From Candidatus Entotheonellaceae bacterium (lineage in GTDB: Bacteria; Tectomicrobia; Entotheonellia; Entotheonellales; Entotheonellaceae): a stretch of DNA of 64,000 bases. Below, piece after piece: positions 57,330 through 64,000 of the stretch (within the stretch, counting starts at the first letter, position 1; each line of letters opens with the position of its first letter). Under the pieces are notes generated by a model. That model saw nothing but the letters and a program-made list of their open reading frames with translations. It ran no database searches and was not told the DNA's origin. The position numbers were made by a program, and so were the translations under genes. The DNA is taken from NCBI GenBank assembly GCA_965238075.1, contig OZ250173.1:1-64000 (forward strand), in the 5' to 3' direction.

Positions 57330-59120
57330 TTACGGGAGCGCGAACGTGACGAGCGCTGCGGACGACTGATAGTTGACCATCTGGTCCCCGAACAGGGCCA
57401 GCACGGCGCCGGCAACGTAGGTACCATGGCCAACTACCATGGATACGTACTGCTTGCCGTCGGCGTCGTAGGAAATGATACCGCCGTTGTGGCCGGTACC
57501 GTTGTTGAAACGCCACAGGACGTCGCCGGTTTCGGCGTCCAACGCCTCTGCCCAACCGTCCATGGTGCCGTTAAACACCAGGCCGCTAGCGGTGGACATC
57601 AGCGCTGAGTGCGGAATGATGTCATAACGCTTGTCCCAGGTCAGCTCGGCCGTCACCGGGTTACGCGCCGTGATGCGTCCGTGCGCCTTTTCGCCAGGCG
57701 GATGCGTGCCCACCCATTCGGCAGCCATGAAGACCTGCGCGAACGGCTCGGTCACGCGGGTCTCGGTACCGAAGGAGATGGTGGTGCCGCCGCCCTCGGG
57801 GGCAACCGTCAGCCACATGCACCATTCGTTGACCACGCGATAGTGCAACCCGGTCTGCGGGTTGTACGTGCCGGCGTTCCAGCTATGGCCGCCATCGATA
57901 GCCGGGCAAACCAACGTGCGCTCGCCAGGCTTGGGCCACAGCATGTTCTCAAACTCGCCCGTTTCCAGATTGAAACCGCTCGTCCAATTTTGGCTCTTCT
58001 GGGCCGGGTACACGTTCACGGGCTTGCCGCTCTTGGGCTCGTGCACGTGGTTGAAACCGTTCTTGCCAGGGTGGAGAAGCAGGGTCTGGCCGTTGTCTTC
58101 GAACAGGACGTACTCGCCAGGAGAGGCGTCGTAGTCGTAGGGATCGCTCGGCGCTTCCTGAAAGTACCAATTCAGCTTGCCGGTATCCAGGTCCAAGGCG
58201 ATCGTGGAGGAGGTGTACAGGTTGTCACCCGGGCGCCAGCCGTTGGTGTTCGGGTCGCGGCACTGGTCACCGCAATAGTCGTAGTCAGGATCCGGATTGC
58301 TCGTGCCCATCAGGATCTGGTTGTTGGCGTAATCAACGGTGCCGGGCTGCCAGGAGCCGCCGCCGCCGTACTTCCACGAGTCACCGCCCCAGGTGGCGAG
58401 GGCTGCGGGGTCGCCGCGGCCCGTGGTGTAGAAGGTCCACTTCAAATCGCCATTCTGAGGATTGAGACCGAAGATGCGCCCCTCAATCGGATACTCGCCG
58501 CCGTTCTGACCGATGACGACCAGGTCGGAATTGACGAAGGTGGCGGAGCCGCTGAAGCCCGCGGTGTCCTTTTGAGAGTTGACCAGCTTGCGGTCCCACA
58601 TGATCTCGGCGGTGTTCTCGTCTATCGCCACCACGCGGCCATCGGCCAGGCCCATGTAGATACGACCGTCGCCAATGGAGGTGCCGCGGGAGTGAGCGAA
58701 AACGGAGCGCGCCACAACGGCCTCGTCCATCTCCGGTGTGAAGGCCCAGATGCGCTCACCCGTCGCGCCGTTGAGCTTCCAGATCGTGGACGGGTTGGCG
58801 GGGAGGTAAACATTGCCGCCGATGGCCAACGGCGTGCTGTGCAAGCCGCCATTACCGCTGCCGGTGGCGCCGCCGGGCAGGAAGATCCACGCCGGGCGGA
58901 GTTGGGACACGTTGTCCTTGGTGATCTGATCCAGCGGGCTGTGCCGCCAAGCCTTGTCGGTGGTGCGATGGTACGCGCACCAGTTCTCAGCCGGGCAGTT
59001 CCGGATGCTGTCAGCGCTCGTGCTGCCGTGGCTCATCGCCATCGCAGCCGGAGCCACAAACAGGCCGGCAATCGCCAGCAACACCAATGCCTTACCAAGT
59101 CTTTTCATTCCCTTGCACAT
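57330..59120 (-). CDS. PQQ-dependent dehydrogenase (type I ADH/MDH-like beta-propeller), atypical
   Basis: Signal peptide, HSPLDQIT..NV..L, GGEY, GGGSW, GTSNP, RPGDNLY, DPYDYD, KNGF, CP..GG..W, GKQYV. Confidence 0.9.
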   Translation of the reverse strand: MCKGMKRLGKALVLLAIAGLFVAPAAMAMSHGSTSADSIRNCPAENWCAYHRTTDKAWRHSPLDQITKDNVSQLRPAWIFLPGGATGSGNGGLHSTPLAIGGNVYLPANPSTIWKLNGATGERIWAFTPEMDEAVVARSVFAHSRGTSIGDGRIYMGLADGRVVAIDENTAEIMWDRKLVNSQKDTAGFSGSATFVNSDLVVIGQNGGEYPIEGRIFGLNPQNGDLKWTFYTTGRGDPAALATWGGDSWKYGGGGSWQPGTVDYANNQILMGTSNPDPDYDYCGDQCRDPNTNGWRPGDNLYTSSTIALDLDTGKLNWYFQEAPSDPYDYDASPGEYVLFEDNGQTLLLHPGKNGFNHVHEPKSGKPVNVYPAQKSQNWTSGFNLETGEFENMLWPKPGERTLVCPAIDGGHSWNAGTYNPQTGLHYRVVNEWCMWLTVAPEGGGTTISFGTETRVTEPFAQVFMAAEWVGTHPPGEKAHGRITARNPVTAELTWDKRYDIIPHSALMSTASGLVFNGTMDGWAEALDAETGDVLWRFNNGTGHNGGIISYDADGKQYVSMVVGHGTYVAGAVLALFGDQMVNYQSSAALVTFALP

Positions 59121-59277
59121 AATCTCTCCTTAGTGCAAATACCAAATCCATTTGTCGCCGAATTTCCTCCCCGTGCCGGAGAGGCGTCTCAACGATACTC
59201 GAATCCAATAGCCAAGCCCGACCTCAGTGTGAGTAGACTGCGGTTTATGTTTTGTCTATTGGACAGGTCGAACGTTT

Positions 59278-59306
59278 ATAATCATCCCACCAGCCAACCG
59301 TGTCAA
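59278..59306 (-). promoter_or_regulatory. Putative promoter for the PQQ dehydrogenase
   Basis: TTGACA-17 bp-GATTAT (weak -10). Confidence 0.35.
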
Positions 59307-59550
59307 GCTCGTTTCCGCTTTGCCAGCCCAATCTGTGCGGTTGTTGTAATGTTAACCTCCGCGCCTATGGGCAAGTCACAGTTGTGGGATACAGGCAGTA
59401 GGCTATGATGTCCAATTGTCCCGACGCGATTCGTTCAGCCGGGTGCGTCCTTTATCTGGACCTATTGATCCGCAAGGAAAAGCCAAGCTACCCGCAACGG
59501 ATCTTCTGAGGATTATTCAACGCTGGTAGCCCTTTGAATGGATGTGAATT

Positions 59551-60798
59551 ATGAAAAGTGCAAAGATTATCTACGACATCATTTGGATGACAATCGCGAT
59601 TCTACTCGCCTCCTTCCTCACGGTCGTCTTTGATCTGCATGAGTGGCTTATTCAGTACACGCGCCCCTTCGAATCCTGGGAGCTCGATGAGACTCCCTTC
59701 TTCCTCTTTTTTGTGGCCCTGTCCTGTGCTTGGTTTGCCTATCGACGCTGCCGAGAATTGATCACGGAGATCGCCGAGCGCAGGCAGATCCAGAAGGCGC
59801 TCACGGACAGTGAAACCCGCTACCGTACCCTGGTAGAAGCCTCGGCTCAGGGCATTTATATATACCAGGAAGGCACCATACGGTTTGCAAACCGGGCGCT
59901 GGGCCGGCTGTTTGGCTGTGAAAGCGCCGAAGCGTTAATCGGGGAGCACGTGGAACAGCTCTACTCGCCTCATGAAGAGGCGCGTCTGACAGCCTACAAC
60001 ACTGCCGCTTTGGCGGGCCACGCCGAGCCGCGGCGTTACGAATGGCACGGCGTGCATCGGGACGGCGCCATGCTCTGGCTCGAAAGTCTTACGCTGCGCA
60101 TCACGTGGGACGGCGTCCCGGCCCTGATGGTTACGGTGCTGGACATTACGGAGCGTCGAGGCCAGGAACAGGAACGACGCAAGATCGCTTACGACATCCA
60201 CGACGGCATCGCGCAGTTGATGGTGGGCGCCCAGCACCATCTGGAGGCGTTCGATCACCTCTGGCGCGATGACGCTTCACTGGCCGAGGATCAGTTGGGC
60301 CGCGGCCGTGCTAAGCTCCGCCAGGCGATCGTCGAAACACGACGGCTGATGACTCAACTGCGCCCGGTCAGCCTCGAAACCCTGGGTTTGATTCCTGCCG
60401 TGCAGCAGTATCTGAACGAATTGGGCAAAGACGCTGGCTGGGAAATCGACTATCACGCTGAGGTCGCCGCCCTGAATCTCTCCCCGGACGGGGAAACCGC
60501 CCTTTTCCGCATTCTGCAAGAGGCGCTGACGAATGCCTGGAAGCATGCGCAGACGCCAAGGGTGCGTCTCAGCCTGCACACCGAAGGCGAAAAAGACGAT
60601 CTGCTGGTTGTATGTGTCCAAGATTGGGGAATAGGTTTCGAGCCCGCCCGGATCCACTCCGATGCCCAAGGGATCGGCCTTATGGGCATGCGTGAGCGCT
60701 CTCGACAACTGGGTGGGGTATGCAGCATCGAGAGTCGCCCCGGCCGCGGCACGACTGTGCGGCTGCGGATTCCCCTGCAGCATGGAGAAGCCACATGA
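59551..60798 (+). CDS. PAS-domain sensor histidine kinase (HisKA_3, NarX/UhpB type)
   Basis: Two TM helices, PAS (SETRYRTLVE..DITERR), IAYDIHDGIAQ, QEALTNAWKHA, DWGIGF, GLMGMRER. Confidence 0.92.
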   Translation: MKSAKIIYDIIWMTIAILLASFLTVVFDLHEWLIQYTRPFESWELDETPFFLFFVALSCAWFAYRRCRELITEIAERRQIQKALTDSETRYRTLVEASAQGIYIYQEGTIRFANRALGRLFGCESAEALIGEHVEQLYSPHEEARLTAYNTAALAGHAEPRRYEWHGVHRDGAMLWLESLTLRITWDGVPALMVTVLDITERRGQEQERRKIAYDIHDGIAQLMVGAQHHLEAFDHLWRDDASLAEDQLGRGRAKLRQAIVETRRLMTQLRPVSLETLGLIPAVQQYLNELGKDAGWEIDYHAEVAALNLSPDGETALFRILQEALTNAWKHAQTPRVRLSLHTEGEKDDLLVVCVQDWGIGFEPARIHSDAQGIGLMGMRERSRQLGGVCSIESRPGRGTTVRLRIPLQHGEAT

Positions 60799-61460
60799 GT
60801 CTGCGGGAACAGCGCCGCATTCAGGTCGTGATAGCCGACGATCACCCGGTGGTGCGGGAAGGCTTGCGGAGCGTCCTTTTGACGGCTGCGGACATGGAGG
60901 TTATCGGCGAGGCCGGTACGGGAGCGGAGGCGGTGGCGCAAGCGCAGGCGCTGCAGCCGGAGGTCATGCTGCTCGACATCCGCATGCCCGATGGGAATGG
61001 CCTGGCAGTCCTGAATCAGATCAAGGCGGTGTCGCCCGATACCAGCGTCATCATGGTGACCATGCACGACAATCCTGATTACATTTCCCGCGCCGTTGCA
61101 GCTGGTGCCGCCGGGTACGTTCTCAAGGAGGCAAATCGCCACGATCTCCTCACGGCAATTCGCACGGTGCTCAATCCATCGGCGGCGCCCACCCCTGTCC
61201 TGTTGAGCAAATCTCAACGGGTGCCGTTCAACGCCGCACAGACGGCGGCGCCGTCCGGCCCCACGTCGCTTAGCTCGGTCGAACGCGAATTGCTGTTGCT
61301 GCTAGCGGATGGGCTCAGCAATAAAGAAATCAGCTTGCAGTTGCGCTGCAGCTTGGGCACCGTCAAGAATTATCTCCAGCATATTTTCACCACCCTTCAG
61401 GTTTCAGACCGCACCCGCGCAGTTGTAGAAGCTATCCGCCTCGGGCTCATTGATCCGTGA
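60795..61460 (+). CDS. NarL/LuxR-family response regulator
   Basis: ADDHPVVREG, DIRMP, GYVLK, GLSNKEI..TVKN; ATGA coupling. Confidence 0.93.
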   Translation: MSLREQRRIQVVIADDHPVVREGLRSVLLTAADMEVIGEAGTGAEAVAQAQALQPEVMLLDIRMPDGNGLAVLNQIKAVSPDTSVIMVTMHDNPDYISRAVAAGAAGYVLKEANRHDLLTAIRTVLNPSAAPTPVLLSKSQRVPFNAAQTAAPSGPTSLSSVERELLLLLADGLSNKEISLQLRCSLGTVKNYLQHIFTTLQVSDRTRAVVEAIRLGLIDP

Positions 61461-61655
61461 GATTGTAGCCACCTGGCCACAACGTCTTGGCCAGACGGCT
61501 TCATTGCGGATTTGCGCCCTCTTTCGCCGTTGCCGATTTATCACAGACATGGGTATATGGTGATGCAGGAAGCCGCTTTAACTCTTGACTGCGCGCTTCG
61601 GGAAGGTCTGAGGAAATCGCTCAGATGCGGGCTGTGTGCTGATACCCTCAAATTC

Positions 61656-61718
61656 TCATTCCGGCGCAAATCCTTTGCGTTCGGGAAGCTACTGGACTCC
61701 GGCTTCCATCGGAATGAC
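61656..61718. repeat. Degenerate copy of the bipartite palindromic repeat
   Basis: tcattccggcg ... tggactccggcttccatcggaatgac. Confidence 0.5.
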
Positions 61719-61810
61719 GGGAACAGGCAGTCCGCCGATACCGTCAGAGGTTGCGGACTTGGGCAGATTTATTCTGACCTTCCCCTAAAAACGGAGCACG
61801 TGGGCGAGCG

Positions 61811-62563
61811 ATGAGCGAACGTTTGACTGACATACGGGATGCGAACTTCGGGTACGGCCGCACAAGTGTCTTGCAAGGCGTGCAATTCTCCCTTGCGGCG
61901 GGAGATTTCGTCGGCCTTGTCGGGCCTAACGGCGCGGGCAAGACCACCTTGTTGCGCGGCTTGTTGGGCCTGATCAAACCGCAGCGTGGAGAGAGGCGGA
62001 TCAACCCCCCTGACGGCGCTGCCGACGTGGTATTCGGCTATGTGCCGCAGGAAAAGGCGGTTGATCCGTTTTTCCCGTTGTCGGTGCTCGACGTGGTGCT
62101 CATGGGGCGCTACCGGCTGCTCGGGCCGGGCCGGCGTCCGACGCTGGTGGATCGGCGTGCGGCACTGGCGTGTCTCGGCCACGTGCAACTTGAGCATCTT
62201 GCTGACGCGTCCTTTCAGGATTTGTCAGGCGGTCAGAAACAGCGGGTCCTTCTGGCCCGTGCTTTGGCCACCGAGCCGCACGTTCTGGTGCTCGATGAAC
62301 CAACCAGCGCCATGGACCTGGCAGCTGAAAAACGGCTCATGGCCGTGATTAGCGAGCAGCACGAGGCCCGAGGGCTGACGGTCATGCTGGCAACACACGA
62401 CTTGAACCTGATCGGTCGCTACGCTTCCAGAATTGCCCTTGTCGCGGGGGGGCGGGTTATCAGCGGCTCGCCAACGGAACTTTTGGAGACCCGGCAACTC
62501 AGTGAGGTATACGGCGTCGAGGTGCAGGTGCACGAAGTCCAGGGTCGGCGGTTAATCGTCTGA
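61811..62563 (+). CDS. Metal ABC transporter ATP-binding subunit (ZnuC/MntA-like)
   Basis: GPNGAGKTT, GYVPQ, FPLSV.DVVLMG, LSGGQKQR, LDEPT, THDL. Confidence 0.92.
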   Translation: MSERLTDIRDANFGYGRTSVLQGVQFSLAAGDFVGLVGPNGAGKTTLLRGLLGLIKPQRGERRINPPDGAADVVFGYVPQEKAVDPFFPLSVLDVVLMGRYRLLGPGRRPTLVDRRAALACLGHVQLEHLADASFQDLSGGQKQRVLLARALATEPHVLVLDEPTSAMDLAAEKRLMAVISEQHEARGLTVMLATHDLNLIGRYASRIALVAGGRVISGSPTELLETRQLSEVYGVEVQVHEVQGRRLIV

Positions 62564-62583
62564 GGCTACGGAGAGTCAACGCC

Positions 62584-64000
62584 ATGTGGGAAATGCTTTC
62601 CTACCCCTTCTTCCAATCGGCGCTCATCGCCGGCACCTTGTCCGCGGCCATGTGTGCTCTGGTGGGGGTGTACGTCCTGCTCAAGCGCATCGTGTTCGTC
62701 GGCATTGCGCTGGCCCAGCTTGCTTCACTGGGTGTGGCGGTGGCTTTGCTTATCGACGTGCACCCGATGATCATGGCCCTGGTGACGACCTTGACGGGTG
62801 TGGCCTGTTTTGCATTGACCCGTACCGGCCAGCGCGTTCCGCAAGAGGGCGTGATCGGTGCCAGCTACGTGATGGCGGCGGCCCTCGGCATCATTTGCGT
62901 GGCCAAGAATCCCGTGGGCGAGGCGCGCAATCTGAAGGTGCTGTTCGGCAACATCCTGTCCGTTCACACGGGGGAGATGGTGGCCCTCGCCGTGCTTTTG
63001 GCGGTGCTGGCCATCGTACACGTGGTTTTCTACAAGGAGTTCCTGTTCGTATCTTTCGACCCGGAAACCGCCCAGGCTCAGGGAATCAACGTCCGCGGGT
63101 GGGACCTTCTGCTGTACCTCACCATCGGTCTGGCGATTGCGTTTTCCATTCACTCAATGGGAGTGTTACTCGTGTTTGCACTACTGCTTGTTCCAGCCAT
63201 GACGGCGCGCCTTGTGGCGCACAGGATGATGGCTTTGTTTGCCCTGGCCATTGCTTTCGGGGTTGTCGCAGTTCCGCTCGGTCTGTATCTGGCTGTGCGC
63301 ATCGACCTGCCGACCGGCACCGCGGTGGCCGGCACCTGCGTGGTGATGCTGTTGGCCGTCCTGACGGGTCGCGGTTTGTATCGCAGTGTTGGACGCTTGG
63401 CGTCGGGGGCGGCGGTGCTGATGCTGGTATTTAGCTTGGCAATACCGGGTTCCGTTTCCGCCCAGGAGACGGATGTTGAACAGCGTCTGCAGGAGTTGCA
63501 GCAGGAAATACAAGAGCTTCGTAACAGCCTGCGCGGCCAGCAGTTGCGGCTGCCGGGCGGCTTGCTGCTCAACCCGGAAATGCGCGTCGAAGGCAACTTC
63601 CAAGGCAATCGAGGCTGGGGCTTGCAACGAAACGCCGAGTACGAGGGTTTCCCCAACAACCGCTTCAATATCCGTGAGGTCGAACTCGGCTTCCGGGCCT
63701 CGGTGGACCCCTTCGCGGTTCTGGAAACGGTTATCAGCGCCCAGCGTCTGGTGGAAATCGAATTTGAGGACGGGGAAGAGGAATTGCCCCGCGAACTCGA
63801 TTCCGAAGTGGAATTCGAGGAGGCGCACCTGACCTTTGCGCGGCTGCCGCTGCGCTTGCGCGGCAAGCTGGGTCTCATGCGCACCAGCTTCGGTGAGTAC
63901 AACGACGATGACCCCGATGAGTTCCCGCAAATCGACCCGCCAAACGTTATCGTGCATCTCTATGGCGAGGAAGGCGAGGGCTGGAAGGAACCCGGCCTCA
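62584..64000 (+). CDS. Metal ABC permease (ZnuB/ABC-3) fused in frame to an outer-membrane receptor/porin-like domain (runs off the window)
   Basis: My translation from ATG 62584 has no stop to the window end (absent from the ORF track): LVGVYVLLKRIVF, LFGNIL, SFDPETA, GVLLVFALL, DLPTG; then GSVSA|QETD, a coiled coil, LNPEM, FNIREVELGFRASVDPF, EEAHLT, FGEYN. Confidence 0.85.
   Translation, partial: MWEMLSYPFFQSALIAGTLSAAMCALVGVYVLLKRIVFVGIALAQLASLGVAVALLIDVHPMIMALVTTLTGVACFALTRTGQRVPQEGVIGASYVMAAALGIICVAKNPVGEARNLKVLFGNILSVHTGEMVALAVLLAVLAIVHVVFYKEFLFVSFDPETAQAQGINVRGWDLLLYLTIGLAIAFSIHSMGVLLVFALLLVPAMTARLVAHRMMALFALAIAFGVVAVPLGLYLAVRIDLPTGTAVAGTCVVMLLAVLTGRGLYRSVGRLASGAAVLMLVFSLAIPGSVSAQETDVEQRLQELQQEIQELRNSLRGQQLRLPGGLLLNPEMRVEGNFQGNRGWGLQRNAEYEGFPNNRFNIREVELGFRASVDPFAVLETVISAQRLVEIEFEDGEEELPRELDSEVEFEEAHLTFARLPLRLRGKLGLMRTSFGEYNDDDPDEFPQIDPPNVIVHLYGEEGEGWKEPGL

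Noticed and set aside
57609-59408. 599-aa plus-strand ORF (and similar long ORFs at 14583-15887, 38969-40336, 10881-12149, 34402-35661)
   Set aside because: Antisense shadows of well-supported genes, expected in high-GC DNA; no recognisable motifs.
62586-63434. ORF-track 282-aa protein as the permease
   Set aside because: Wrong frame; the real permease starts at ATG 62584 and runs past the window end.

Overview
A GC-rich, gene-dense bacterial chromosomal window with about 60 CDS. I found no rRNA, tRNA, CRISPR array or intact mobile element. Housekeeping genes (nnr, moaA, hisI-hisG, mrp, rpoD-like sigma, ahcY, tenA, gpmI, pyrC, qor) are mixed with many accessory oxidoreductases and hydrolases. 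The gene mix suggests a Tectomicrobia/Entotheonella-like organism, but this is inference only. Highlights: (1) a selenoprotein missed by the ORF track, a glutaredoxin-like UxxC domain fused to DinB at 26825..26082, with a SECIS-like hairpin; (2) a right-end island (51.8-64 kb) with an atypical PQQ dehydrogenase (D-Y-D metal motif, no vicinal Cys pair), a cytochrome c, two unknown secreted proteins, a Bat/Mxa-like vWA-TPR cluster, a PAS/NarL two-component system and a metal ABC transporter whose permease is fused in frame to an outer-membrane receptor-like domain carrying Asp where His is usual, together a candidate lanthanide or other hard-metal system; (3) a P450 (frameshifted)-LLM-flavin halogenase cassette whose halogenase has a PqqD/RRE-like tail; (4) two serine-less alpha/beta-hydrolases, each near an LLM monooxygenase; (5) an internally duplicated PepSY-TM/BNR operon; (6) five 11-bp-phased MprA-like boxes upstream of an HtrA gene. 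All family calls come from reading motifs by eye; no database search was run.
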